DNA of 64,000 nucleotides from Leptospiraceae bacterium (GTDB taxonomy: Bacteria; Spirochaetota; Leptospiria; Leptospirales; Leptonemataceae), in assembly GCA_040217195.1 (NCBI GenBank), contig JAVJNR010000008.1, positions 384,001-448,000 on the forward strand. Direction: 5' to 3'. Under the pieces are notes generated by a model. The model was not told where the DNA came from and did no database searches. It was given only the letters and a program-made list of their open reading frames with translations. Shown here piece after piece: positions 40,201-49,944 of this stretch. Both the position numbers and the translations under genes were made by a program. Position 1 is the first letter of the stretch. The number at the start of each line of letters is the position of its first letter.

Positions 40201-41055
40201 ATGAGCGATCTGGACTATAAGACTCTCATCCCCCTGGCTTTGCAGGGGGATGCTGATGCGCTGGAAGGCATTCTACTCAGTGTTCGAGATCAGATATACA
40301 ATCTGGCTTTGCGTTTCCTATGGCATCCACAGGAAGCCGAAGATGCGGCTCAGGAAATTCTGGTAAAGATAATGCTGCACCTCAATCAGTTTGAATTCAG
40401 AAGCGCTTTTTCTACCTGGACCTACAGAATCGCAACCAACTACCTAATCGATACGAAAAGAACGTTGCTTGAGCGTTCGAATCTCAGCTTTGAAGACATG
40501 TCCCGGGAGATTGCTGGCTCGGCATCCATGCCACTGGACAGGCCCTCGGATTGGAATTCCGTCACGGAAGATGCGGAGGATTCCCTGTCCTCTAAAGCCC
40601 GAGAGGTGCAAACGGCCTGCACACATGCCATGCTACAATGCCTGGACCGAAACTCCCGCATGGCCTTCATACTTGGGGAGGTATTCAACATGCACAGTGA
40701 CGATGCTGGTTATGTGCTCGGAACATCAAGCCAGGCCTACAGACAACGTCTCTCACGAGCCCGCAGCCGAATGACTGAATTCATGCAAGGCCATTGCGGC
40801 CTCATGGATGACCGAAATCACTGCCGATGCAGCACCAGAGCCTGTCAGCTGCAATCCAATCGTAAGCTTCAAAGATACCTTGGATATGCCCGAAGAATGA
40901 AAACTGCTGAGACAGACTCCCTTCCCGATCCAGGCAGCGTACAGCTGGGAAAGATGGCATTGATCTACAGAAGCAATCGTTCCTATGTTCCACGATTTCT
41001 AGTTCTGGATCGAATTAAGCGTACGCTTAACACTCCATCCCTGGAGCAGACCTGA
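40201..41055 (+). CDS. ECF sigma-70 factor with Cys-rich C-terminal extension
   Basis: Region 2 (AEDAAQEI..FSTWTYRIATN), region 4 (RMAFIL..YRQRLSRAR) and extension HCGLMDDRNHCRC. Confidence 0.9.
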   Translation: MSDLDYKTLIPLALQGDADALEGILLSVRDQIYNLALRFLWHPQEAEDAAQEILVKIMLHLNQFEFRSAFSTWTYRIATNYLIDTKRTLLERSNLSFEDMSREIAGSASMPLDRPSDWNSVTEDAEDSLSSKAREVQTACTHAMLQCLDRNSRMAFILGEVFNMHSDDAGYVLGTSSQAYRQRLSRARSRMTEFMQGHCGLMDDRNHCRCSTRACQLQSNRKLQRYLGYARRMKTAETDSLPDPGSVQLGKMALIYRSNRSYVPRFLVLDRIKRTLNTPSLEQT

Positions 41056-41186
41056 GATGCAAATCTGCTTCTGGTCCTGTGTTCCGCATCATCAGATCGG
41101 GAAGTAAGAGAACGACAAATAGGCTTTCAGTTAGCACTGCCCTTCTTCGGTAAGTAACGCAACCATCGTAAATAAACACCTCAGCT

Positions 41187-41202
41187 GGTTTCACGTGAAA
41201 CG
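41187..41202. promoter_or_regulatory. parS-like ParB/Spo0J loading site
   Basis: GGTTTCACGTGAAACG has a perfect 14-bp palindromic core and matches 14/16 of the consensus TGTTTCACGTGAAACA. Intergenic. Confidence 0.75.
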
Positions 41203-41449
41203 ATATGTATTACATATAATAAGACAATAAGTATTGATTATGTCACTAAAACAAATCCAGGCAGTCAGACGCGCCCACCCCGCGCTCTATGGAAATGCCG
41301 CGTTGTTATTTAAACGCCTTCCCTTGCAGTACCCAGGTTGAAGAGGGCCTGCGGCTTTATTTCCGTTCGCATTCGCCTCCAGATTTGATCCGGAGAATCT
41401 ACTAACACCGAAGACTCTGTTTTCAGCCCGACCAGCCAGGTAATTCTTA

Positions 41450-41941
41450 TTAGTCAGACTCTTCAGAATCCAACCAGGGACGACCCCATTTTTCATAGGC
41501 TTTCCGATCCATTAGCTTCAACGTAATGGAGCCCTTCTCAAAAACGGTAGCGTTGATCTGATAGTTGCCCTCTAGTTTCCAGACGTAGCCCCTCTTTGTC
41601 GGTTTCGTCGGAGTGCCGTAGACTGGAAGCAACTCAAGTAGAAGCTCTTCCTTTTCAAGAGGCATGGTTACATTCATTCCGGAAAGCTTTCCATTTGGAT
41701 GAAAATGCAGCGTAAGCTTTTGATACGTTGCATCCAGGTTCTTGTAGATGATCATGGTGGTCTTTTCATCTTCGAAAACGGCGGGATCTGGCGCCTCGGG
41801 AAACCTTTCTTCCAGGGTGGCCTGGGCTTTGTCTCGGGTTTCTCCCAGGGTGATACCAAGATAGGCAGGAGGCTCGGCCAGAGAGGCTCCAAACGACACT
41901 ATGGATAAGAATCCGGCCAGGATATAGCTTCTGATTCGCAT
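41450..41941 (-). CDS. Hypothetical exported protein
   Basis: Signal peptide (..ASLA) followed by YLGITLG..YGTP, a small alpha/beta periplasmic-type pattern. Confidence 0.7.
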   Translation of the reverse strand: MRIRSYILAGFLSIVSFGASLAEPPAYLGITLGETRDKAQATLEERFPEAPDPAVFEDEKTTMIIYKNLDATYQKLTLHFHPNGKLSGMNVTMPLEKEELLLELLPVYGTPTKPTKRGYVWKLEGNYQINATVFEKGSITLKLMDRKAYEKWGRPWLDSEESD

Positions 41942-42028
41942 GCTTTAGCCGGCCTCATTCTCCAGGATGTGTCAAGAAAATCCTTCCGGGATCGCACGCT
42001 ATCCAGGTACCATAAATCGGTCTAATCG

Positions 42029-43075
42029 TTAGAAGCAATTGGCATACATTGCCTCTCCGGTGCTGGCTACGGCTGCAAATCGCCGACTCAGTGGGCTGTA
42101 GGATACTCCGCTCCAACTTACTGTAATTGGAGCGGGCTGCACTGACCATAACATGCCATCGGTGGAAGTTAGAACTTGATCCGCCCCACCAGTAGCCAGG
42201 GCCACAAATCGACCATCCCCATAGGTAATGCTGCTCCACGGATGCCCGGCCGGGGTGGGAGAGGCAACCCAGGTGCTGCCATCGGTGGAAGTCATTACCT
42301 GGTCCGTACCTGAATCCGCTACAGCCACGAACCTTCCGTTGCCAAAGGTGACTGCCCTCCAAACACCTGTGGTAGGCGCACCGGGTACCGAGGTCCACAC
42401 CGCTCCATCTGGAGACGTCATAACAGCTGTAGCGGAAGTACCCACGGCCACAAAAATCCCATTCCCAAAGGCAACATCAGTCCATTGAAGACCTCCGTTC
42501 GTTGTGGATGGCGACCAGGACAGTCCGTCACTGGAAACCATGGCACTGTTTGCGGAACCTGTATCTTGATCCACGGCTACAAAGAGTCCATTGCCGGTTG
42601 CCACCGATTTCCACAGACCTGCAGGGACTCCGCCAACCGAACTGAAGTTCACCCCGTCCGTGGATCTGGTAATGGCATTGTTCGTAATCGATGTTCCTAT
42701 TATTATTCCGTTCATTCCTGTGACATCCCTCCACTCTTCTGCAACCACTCCAACGGCCGCCGACCAGTTGATACCATCTAGAGACACCATGGATGTGGTG
42801 GGCGAGGCCCCTCCTGCCAGAGAAATAAACCGTCCAAAGCCCGGACTGTATCCCATTCCGGCCCATGAGCTTCCGGCATCTGCTGAAGGAGTTTGCTGAA
42901 ATACCAGTTCCTGGGAACTGCAACTCTTAAAAAGTTCACTGCTGAATATTGAGGCAAAAGCCAGGGCATTGCATGAGCCGTCCTCCGGTCTGCAATCCAG
43001 TGCTGGAGTGCCGCAATTCAAGGCCGGCAGGATTATGAGAAAAGCAAAGAAATAAATGCGCATTCTTGGTCCCAT
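42029..43075 (-). CDS. Lipoprotein with Asp-box/BNR-like beta-propeller repeats
   Basis: Signal with Cys (ALN-C), six SxDGxx[WF] repeats alternating with W..V.[FY]G[ND]G.FVA repeats, period about 43 aa. Confidence 0.8.
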   Translation of the reverse strand: MGPRMRIYFFAFLIILPALNCGTPALDCRPEDGSCNALAFASIFSSELFKSCSSQELVFQQTPSADAGSSWAGMGYSPGFGRFISLAGGASPTTSMVSLDGINWSAAVGVVAEEWRDVTGMNGIIIGTSITNNAITRSTDGVNFSSVGGVPAGLWKSVATGNGLFVAVDQDTGSANSAMVSSDGLSWSPSTTNGGLQWTDVAFGNGIFVAVGTSATAVMTSPDGAVWTSVPGAPTTGVWRAVTFGNGRFVAVADSGTDQVMTSTDGSTWVASPTPAGHPWSSITYGDGRFVALATGGADQVLTSTDGMLWSVQPAPITVSWSGVSYSPLSRRFAAVASTGEAMYANCF

Positions 43076-43206
43076 ATACTTTAGAGGATTTCATAGCCTG
43101 CAGAGCAACAGTATTTCGCTGGAAAAAATCATTCGTTCTTTTTCGATTAGGATCGCCGTATTTGTCGTATCCTTCGCGCGGAGAATTAGCCTTCTTTCTC
43201 GCTGGG

Positions 43207-43725
43207 TTACTCCAGGTTCAATTTGAGTCTATCCAGGTTTTCATCCCATTGAGCGGCAATAGATTGCAGCATAGCGCTAGATCTGCGGAACCCATCCCTT
43301 CGAATTCCGTAGCGACGTTCCCTGCCCTCCGCTTTTTTTTGAATCAAACCTGCCTGCTCCAGCACGGTGAGATGAACGGTGATGGCCTGCCGGGTCATTC
43401 CAGACCTTTCGCTTAATTCGGAAATGGACGGATTGGTAGCTCCCTGGATTTTCTTAAGCAAACGAATCCTGGAAGGATTTCCAAGAGCAGCAAATACTTG
43501 AGCAGCTGATTCCAGGTCGCTGGAGGTATAATCGGAGGTACCTACGGAAGAATGATTCTCGGAGAAGTCGTCCGACCAGATTGCCACCTCCCCGGAACGA
43601 ATTCTGCTAAGTAGCCGTCCCTCCGTTTCGGTAGCTTTTTTCTCTTTTATGCCTTTGCTGGATTTGATCGAATGCCTGTTTGTGCCCTCCATCCGAGAGG
43701 TTGATTTCTTTCCCTTTGCATTCAT
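43207..43725 (-). CDS. ArsR/SmtB family transcriptional regulator
   Basis: VFAALGNPSRIRLL and wHTH MTRQAITVHLTVLEQAGLI..GRERRY. ATGA-coupled to the SRPBCC stop. Confidence 0.88.
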   Translation of the reverse strand: MNAKGKKSTSRMEGTNRHSIKSSKGIKEKKATETEGRLLSRIRSGEVAIWSDDFSENHSSVGTSDYTSSDLESAAQVFAALGNPSRIRLLKKIQGATNPSISELSERSGMTRQAITVHLTVLEQAGLIQKKAEGRERRYGIRRDGFRRSSAMLQSIAAQWDENLDRLKLNLE

Positions 43726-44159
43726 TGTGTCCTCTGCTCCAGGTAATTTCGAACATTCTCCGTTTGAATCTTCCATCCTTTCTCATTGCTGCGAAGGATC
43801 CTCAATCGAGCATCTTCCGGCAATGCTTCGAAACCAGATTCCTTTACCGTCAGTAGCGTTCCATTGCCTTGAGGTTGCAGATGGAACTCCACTCGAGTGC
43901 TTCCTTCAACATCCTGGTCCTCATGACTCCAGGAAAATGCGAACAAAGACTCAGGTTGAATCTTCTCAATTATTGCCTTCCAGGGATACCCTTCATATCC
44001 GGGATAGGTCATTCGACCGGTGGATACATGCCCTTCTTCAAAAGGTTGGTCTAAATCCACATGAAACCATTTTCCGAATTCGCAGTAATCGGTGAGCGCC
44101 GTCCATACTCTTTGCAAAGGCGCCTTAATTTCCACACTTCTCTCAATTTGATAGTCCAT
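43722..44159 (-). CDS. SRPBCC/AHSA1 (START-like) ligand-binding protein
   Basis: IERSVEIKAPLQRVWTALTD, FAFSW, TRVEFHL, ESGF and GW motifs. AAGGAGG SD before ATG 44159. Confidence 0.92.
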   Translation of the reverse strand: MDYQIERSVEIKAPLQRVWTALTDYCEFGKWFHVDLDQPFEEGHVSTGRMTYPGYEGYPWKAIIEKIQPESLFAFSWSHEDQDVEGSTRVEFHLQPQGNGTLLTVKESGFEALPEDARLRILRSNEKGWKIQTENVRNYLEQRTQ

Positions 44160-44184
44160 GATTCCTCCTTTCACTGCCCCATCC

Positions 44185-44244
44185 ATATGCAACGATTCAC
44201 TTGCATATTATCGGGGTGCAATTTATGCAACTTTTTTTTTGCAT
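44185..44244. promoter_or_regulatory. Two tandem palindromic operators ATGCAA-N8-TTGCAT
   Basis: ATATGCAA-cgattcac-TTGCATAT (44185-44208) and ATGCAA-cttttttt-TTGCAT (44225-44244), directly upstream of SRPBCC-arsR. Confidence 0.75.
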
Positions 44245-44357
44245 TTCAGAAATTCTGGACCCTGTATCAAATTCCATTGGCCAGGCCTATAGGTAGGAAC
44301 TCTCGCGGACGCCCCCCTGAACCGCCCAGAGTGTGCGATATTTTGAAAGAGCTACTG

Positions 44358-44396
44358 GATAGTATAATTCGATGGTATAATTCGATGGTATAATCC
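44358..44396 (+). repeat. 13-bp tandem repeat x3 (GAT[AG]GTATAAT[TC]C)
   Basis: Units gatagtataattc, gatggtataattc and gatggtataatcc read directly. Confidence 0.85.
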
Positions 44397-44453
44397 GGGC
44401 GAAGGCTTCCCGGCGGGTGAGGAAGAAAGAAGCAACCGGCGATTGAACAGTAC

Positions 44454-44485
44454 AAAAAAAGCCCGACAGGACTGCCGGGCTTCTT
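44454..44485 (-). terminator. Intrinsic terminator of sucCD
   Basis: AAGCCCGACAG/CTGCCGGGCTT stem next to an A7 tract, which is the U tract on the - strand. Confidence 0.7.
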
Positions 44486-44572
44486 GCGGGATCCAGGGCT
44501 TGAATTGCCGGGTCCCTGAACTCTGGGTTCATTCTGTAGCGGACCTGAAACTCAGGCCCATCGATTCAAGAA

Positions 44573-45448
44573 TTACTTACCCAGTAGTTCCTTCATTTTT
44601 GAGCCAATGTCTGCGGGAGATTGAACCACGGCAATTCCAGCAGCTTTCATGGCTTCCATCTTACTCTGAGCCGTTCCTTTGCCTCCAGAGATGATGGCAC
44701 CCGCATGCCCCATTCTCTTTCCGGGAGGGGCGGTCTGACCTGCTATAAATCCTACCATGGGCTTCTTAACATTGTCTTTCACCCATTCAGCCGCATCCTC
44801 TTCATCGGTACCACCAATCTCGCCGATCATGATAATTCCTTCTGTGTCTGGATCATCGTTCAAGAGCTGGATGGCATCTTTATGCTTGGTACCGATTACC
44901 GGATCCCCTCCAATTCCAATACAGGTGCTCTGTCCCAGACCTACCAGAGAAAGCTGACCAACAGTTTCGTAGGTCAGAGTTCCACTCCTGGAAACGACTC
45001 CAATATTTCCAGGCTTATGAATGCTGGCCGGCATAATGCCGATTTTACCTTTGCCTGGAGAAATAACGCCTGGACAGTTGGGTCCCACCAGTCTGGTTTT
45101 TGAGTTTTGAAGTACAGTATACACTCGGGCCATGTCTCGCACCGGAATTCCTTCCGTAATACATACACATAATTCGATTTCTGCACCCACAGCTTCCAGA
45201 ATCGCATCGGCTGCGAACGGAGGCGGAACGAAAATCACAGCAGCATTCGCTCCTTCGATTTCCTTTGCTTCACGCAATGTGTTAAAGATGGGAACTCCGG
45301 GTCCAAATTGCTGGCCGCCGCGGCCAGGAGTCACTCCGGCCACTACTTGCGTTCCATACTCAATCATTTGCTCTGTATGAAAGGAACCCTCTTTTCCTGT
45401 GATTCCCTGAACTACCACTCTGGTATCATCTGTTACTAAAACTGCCAT
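44573..45448 (-). CDS. sucD: Succinyl-CoA synthetase alpha subunit
   Basis: [26 protein letters not shown] and phospho-His motif MGHAGAI. Confidence 0.98.
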   Translation of the reverse strand: MAVLVTDDTRVVVQGITGKEGSFHTEQMIEYGTQVVAGVTPGRGGQQFGPGVPIFNTLREAKEIEGANAAVIFVPPPFAADAILEAVGAEIELCVCITEGIPVRDMARVYTVLQNSKTRLVGPNCPGVISPGKGKIGIMPASIHKPGNIGVVSRSGTLTYETVGQLSLVGLGQSTCIGIGGDPVIGTKHKDAIQLLNDDPDTEGIIMIGEIGGTDEEDAAEWVKDNVKKPMVGFIAGQTAPPGKRMGHAGAIISGGKGTAQSKMEAMKAAGIAVVQSPADIGSKMKELLGK

Positions 45449-45544
45449 TACTATCTCCTATCATATTATAACTCTGTTTTGCTGCTTTAGAGTCCAGGAC
45501 CACATCCAGTATCTCATCCGAAACCGGAGTGGACCCGCGAAACT

Positions 45545-46753
45545 CTATTTTACAGCAGCCGCCACCTTTTCCGCTGAATCCGTTAATTCCTCGGCTACTG
45601 TAATGGGCAGACCGGATTTCTGCAGAATCTCTCTGGCCAGTTCAGCATTGGTTCCTTTCAGTCTTACAATTAGAGGAACTCCAATCTTTACTTCCTGAGC
45701 GGCCTGAACGATACCGTTGGCCACCCGGTCACATTGAACGATTCCGCCAAAGATATTGACGAAGATAGCTTTTACTTTTGGATCTTCCAGGATGATGCGA
45801 AACCCGTTGGCAACAGTGGTAGGATTGGCTCCACCGCCTACATCCAGAAAGTTTGCTGGTTCGGCGCCGGCCAGTTTTACCAGGTCCATGGTGGCCATGG
45901 CCAGCCCGGCTCCGTTAACCATACAGCCAACGTTTCCGTCCAGGTGCACATAGTTCAGATTGAATTCTCCGGCACGTACTTCCAGAGGATCCTCTTCGGT
46001 GATATCTCGCATCTCGGCCGCTTCTGGATGCCGAAACATTGCATTTTCATCGTAGCTAAATTTGCAGTCCAGAGCTACCAGTTCGCCGGATTTCTCAACT
46101 ACCAGAGGGTTGATCTCCAGCATGGAGGAATCCTCTTCATCGTAGGCCTTCCATAGACCAAGCAGGAAAGGTACTCCCTGTTTCAGGGATTCCTTGGGCA
46201 GACCAAAGGCAAACAGGATTTCCCGGGCCTGCCAGGGCTGTAGTCCAATAGCTGGTTCAACGGGTATTTTTATGATCTTTTCAGGGGTCTTTTCAGCCAC
46301 CTCTTCAATGTCCATTCCACCTTCCGTGGAGCACATTACAATGGGCTTGTTCAGGGCACGATCATGCAGAATACTGAGATACAGCTCCCGCTCGATTGCG
46401 GTCCCTTTTTCCAGGAATATCTTGTGGACTTGCTTTCCGGTGCCCCCGGTTTGATGTGTTACCAGATAGTTTCCCAGCATTTTAGAACCGAATTCTACGG
46501 CTTCCTCTCTGGACTTGGCTATCTTAACTCCACCTTCTTGAATCTTGGCATCCTTGTGGGGATCGGCTCCTTCATAGAGAACGCCTTTTCCTCGTCCTCC
46601 GGCATGGACCTGGGATTTGACTGCGATTACGCCGCCTCCCAGGGAATCATAGGCCGCCCCGATATCCTCTTTTTTGTCCACGACTTTACCGTCCTGAACC
46701 TTAACACCATGACGCTTTAGTAATTGCTTGGCTTGATACTCATGAAGCTTCAT
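45545..46753 (-). CDS. sucC: Succinyl-CoA synthetase beta subunit
   Basis: [36 protein letters not shown] and NFLDVGG. Confidence 0.98.
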   Translation of the reverse strand: MKLHEYQAKQLLKRHGVKVQDGKVVDKKEDIGAAYDSLGGGVIAVKSQVHAGGRGKGVLYEGADPHKDAKIQEGGVKIAKSREEAVEFGSKMLGNYLVTHQTGGTGKQVHKIFLEKGTAIERELYLSILHDRALNKPIVMCSTEGGMDIEEVAEKTPEKIIKIPVEPAIGLQPWQAREILFAFGLPKESLKQGVPFLLGLWKAYDEEDSSMLEINPLVVEKSGELVALDCKFSYDENAMFRHPEAAEMRDITEEDPLEVRAGEFNLNYVHLDGNVGCMVNGAGLAMATMDLVKLAGAEPANFLDVGGGANPTTVANGFRIILEDPKVKAIFVNIFGGIVQCDRVANGIVQAAQEVKIGVPLIVRLKGTNAELAREILQKSGLPITVAEELTDSAEKVAAAVK

Positions 46754-46829
46754 CCACGCTTCTCCTGGATAATAAGAATTTCTGGACAGGATTTCCTTGA
46801 AGGGGGTCCTTGAAAACCGTTTTTAGACC

Positions 46830-48287
46830 ATGCTCCATCCGGATCTACTCCAACCATTAGAACCTACGCAAAGGAAGGCCGTTCAGGAAATTGCCCGAGT
46901 ATTGCAGGAATCCGGATACGAATGCTATCTGGTGGGAGGCTGTGTTCGAGACCTCTTACGGGGTATGCCAGCAAAGGACCTGGATCTGACCACGGATGCA
47001 TTGCCTCAAGAATCCAGAAAACTGTTCAAAAAGACGATTCCCACCGGCATCGAACATGGCACCATTACTGTTCGAATGCTGGGGCATTCCCTGGAATTGA
47101 CTACATACCGGACCGAGGGTAGCTATACGGATGGACGAAGGCCAGACCAGGTTCAGTTTGGAAAATCCCTGAGCGAAGATTTATGCAGACGAGATTTTAC
47201 TGTAAATGCCCTGGCCTATGATCCAATAAGCGAAGACCTGGTGGATGAACACGGTGGCCTGGATGATCTGAAAAATCGATTAATTCGAACCATCGGCGAA
47301 GCCCGGGACCGATTCTTTGAAGATGGTCTCAGACCCATTCGGGCCTGTCGATTTCTCTCTACTCTGGAATTCAGATTGGAGGAGACCACTCAAAAGGCCC
47401 TGAGTGAACCAGAAGTACAAAAGAGAACAGCCATGGTGGCCATCGAAAGATTCACCGACGAGCTTCGCAAAGGACTGAAAAGTGCAGACCCCATGCCTAT
47501 GCTTCTGGAGATCCAAAAGAGCGGATTATTATCTGTATTCTTGAATCGCGCTAACGTTGAATCTTCTGGAGAAGCATTAACTGACGATGAATTGATGTTC
47601 CAGGCTCTGGCCAATCAAAAGAGCAATAATTCCGGTGATACCAGACCACTGGAGCACGGCGAAAATCGATCCCTGCAAGCATTACCAATTGATGTTAAAA
47701 GAAAAAGATTCGCATGGTTTAAAGAAAGAGCCACAGATATTGAGAATAGCTCGGACTGGCTGGTGGATATACGAGTGTTCTTGTGGCTGCATAGCCTGTT
47801 TCCGTATTCCAATTCATCGGATCTTATGGCAATACTGAAACGCTGGAAGTTTCCCAACCATACAGTGCAGTGCCTGGAAGCAAGCTTTCTACTCCTGGAT
47901 GCTCTGGATGCAGTTGGAATGAAAAACTATACTGGCTGGCAACGGTCAAATGGACTTCCGGAAATTAGAAAATCCCTGTTTCAGCTCAGCAAGGTTCTGG
48001 ATCATCGCCTGGAATCCTTTCTCCTCACCTGGCAAGCGTACATCCAGTGTATTGCACCGGAAGCAGGCCAAATGAAAGGAACCCTGGATGCTTTGAATTC
48101 CAGCTATACTTCAGATCCATTTCGGATCAAGGACCTGGCTCTAAGCGGAAAAGATCTCATGGAAATGGGATTCCAGGGTAAGCAAATCGGTGACGTTCTT
48201 CAGAGTTGCCTGGAAGAAGTCTGGAAAGATCCAACGATAAACACCAGGGAACGATTAATAGAATTCCTGGAAAGTACCGGTTCCTGA
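46830..48287 (+). CDS. cca: CCA-adding tRNA nucleotidyltransferase (PcnB/CCA family)
   Basis: VGGCVRD, DLD, RRDFTVNA, EDGLR, ERFTDE and C-terminal LALSGKDLM..G..IG. Confidence 0.88.
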   Translation: MLHPDLLQPLEPTQRKAVQEIARVLQESGYECYLVGGCVRDLLRGMPAKDLDLTTDALPQESRKLFKKTIPTGIEHGTITVRMLGHSLELTTYRTEGSYTDGRRPDQVQFGKSLSEDLCRRDFTVNALAYDPISEDLVDEHGGLDDLKNRLIRTIGEARDRFFEDGLRPIRACRFLSTLEFRLEETTQKALSEPEVQKRTAMVAIERFTDELRKGLKSADPMPMLLEIQKSGLLSVFLNRANVESSGEALTDDELMFQALANQKSNNSGDTRPLEHGENRSLQALPIDVKRKRFAWFKERATDIENSSDWLVDIRVFLWLHSLFPYSNSSDLMAILKRWKFPNHTVQCLEASFLLLDALDAVGMKNYTGWQRSNGLPEIRKSLFQLSKVLDHRLESFLLTWQAYIQCIAPEAGQMKGTLDALNSSYTSDPFRIKDLALSGKDLMEMGFQGKQIGDVLQSCLEEVWKDPTINTRERLIEFLESTGS

Positions 48288-48293
48288 TTTTTC

Positions 48294-49373
48294 TCAGGAC
48301 TGCCTGGCCAGAAGAGTCCTGAAATCATAGGGCGGTCTATGGATACCCAGCTCAGTTACAATGCCGCTGATCAAATCTCCACCAGTGACATCAAAAGCCG
48401 GGTTAAACACATCCACTTCTGCGGGCGCACTGTATAGGCCCTGAAACTGTCGCACTTCATCGGCATTTCGTTCTTCGATTACGATTTCTTTTCCGGAATC
48501 CAATGAAGGATCCAGAGTAGTGGTGGGAGCCACAATGTACATCGGAATTCCAAAATGATGGGCCATTACTGCCAGCCCCAGGGTCCCTATTTTATTGGCC
48601 GTGTCTCCGTTGGAAGCGATTCGATCGGCACCTACCAGAATCAGATCGATTTTGCCATCGGCCATAACGGAAGCAGCCATACTGTCCGTGATCAGTTTTA
48701 CAGGTATTCCAGCTTCAAAAAGCTCCCAGGCAGTAATTCGGCCTCCCTGCAGTAATGGCCTGGTTTCATCTGCATAGACCTGGATTGTCTTTCCGGACAG
48801 ATGAGCCTTATAGATGGCAGCCAGTGCTGTGCCCAGTCCGCCGGTGGCCACAGCGCCAGCGTTGCAATGTGTTAGAATAGAATTTCCGTCCTGGATCAGG
48901 TCAGCTCCATGGCTGCCCATGCGATTGCAAAGGTCTTCATCTTCTCGATGGATGGCTACCGCCACTTCTTCCATACGAGACGCCGCTTCTGCAGGATTGA
49001 CCTGCGGATGAGACAGAGATTCCACATAGCTTCTAGCCGCTCGATCCATACGATCCATGCAATGAAACAGATTTACTGCGGTAGGGCGAGTCTGGCGCAG
49101 AATCTCAGTAATTTGCAATAGACGGTTTAGCCATTTATCCGCCTCTTTCTGCCGGAAATTTCTGATCTCCAGGACAACGCCGTAGGCAGCGGCCACGCCA
49201 ATTGCAGGAGCTCCCCTTACTCTTAGCATCTTGATGGCCTCAGCCACCTCGTCAAGATTCCTCAATGTAAGCCAGTGCTGCTCCAGAGGTAATCTGGTTT
49301 GATCAAGTAAATGCAGGTACTCACCTTTCCAGATAAAAGCTCGAGGTATCTCAGTGGCGGCTAAATGAGTCAT
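48294..49373 (-). CDS. mtnA: Methylthioribose-1-phosphate isomerase
   Basis: LDQTRLP, VRGAPAIG, TRPTAVNL, THCNAG, ETRPLLQG, NKIGT and NPAFDVT. Start placed at ATG 49373. Confidence 0.96.
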   Translation of the reverse strand: MTHLAATEIPRAFIWKGEYLHLLDQTRLPLEQHWLTLRNLDEVAEAIKMLRVRGAPAIGVAAAYGVVLEIRNFRQKEADKWLNRLLQITEILRQTRPTAVNLFHCMDRMDRAARSYVESLSHPQVNPAEAASRMEEVAVAIHREDEDLCNRMGSHGADLIQDGNSILTHCNAGAVATGGLGTALAAIYKAHLSGKTIQVYADETRPLLQGGRITAWELFEAGIPVKLITDSMAASVMADGKIDLILVGADRIASNGDTANKIGTLGLAVMAHHFGIPMYIVAPTTTLDPSLDSGKEIVIEERNADEVRQFQGLYSAPAEVDVFNPAFDVTGGDLISGIVTELGIHRPPYDFRTLLARQS

Positions 49374-49944
49374 CCTGAAACTCCGGGAAATATTGGAAGA
49401 AAGACTTTCTGGGTACAATGCGAAAAGCCTGACCGTACAGACGTTCGAACTCCTCGGTAAAACCCATGTAAGGTGTCATATGCAACGGGATCTGATTTTC
49501 GTATTGATGAATCTGATCCAGCGTAAGTTCCATTCCGGGAACCACAATGGTTTTCATGAAGTTCCAGTCACCCTTAAAACGAAGGCTATTGGGTCGCAAT
49601 TCCTTCACTCTCTCCGAGAGTTGAATCAGGCGCGGAAGAGGACACCCAGCATCGGAGTAGGAAACCAGGTTAATCTTCAGCAATCGACCGGCCAGACCCA
49701 GTGGTTCCCAGACTCCATTGTACCGGGGCGGATGAAATCGTGCGATTCGAATATCCTCGGTTAGCTGATCCAGGGCACTGGGCGGAGCTTCACCACCGTA
49801 ACCAAATTCTCCCAGATAAAGCCAGTGGTAGAGATCAACGGCCTTCTGATTCGGGTACATGTCCAGAAACCATTCGCCTGTTTCTGTTTTATATTCAGGA
49901 GTAACGTCCTCGGTCTGTTCAACAAGATCGTAATAGGAATCCAT
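49351..49944 (-). CDS. Hypothetical protein
   Basis: TAATG-coupled to der and overlapping the mtnA start. Globular composition (YP..DLYHWLYLGEFG, WEPLG..KINL). Confidence 0.7.
   Translation of the reverse strand: MDSYYDLVEQTEDVTPEYKTETGEWFLDMYPNQKAVDLYHWLYLGEFGYGGEAPPSALDQLTEDIRIARFHPPRYNGVWEPLGLAGRLLKINLVSYSDAGCPLPRLIQLSERVKELRPNSLRFKGDWNFMKTIVVPGMELTLDQIHQYENQIPLHMTPYMGFTEEFERLYGQAFRIVPRKSFFQYFPEFQDDSFSRH

Noticed and set aside
41221..41248. dif-like sequence (AAGACAATAAG TATTGA TTATGTCACTA)
   Set aside because: Only a partial XerD-arm match, the XerC arm is out of register, and it sits beside a parS-like site.
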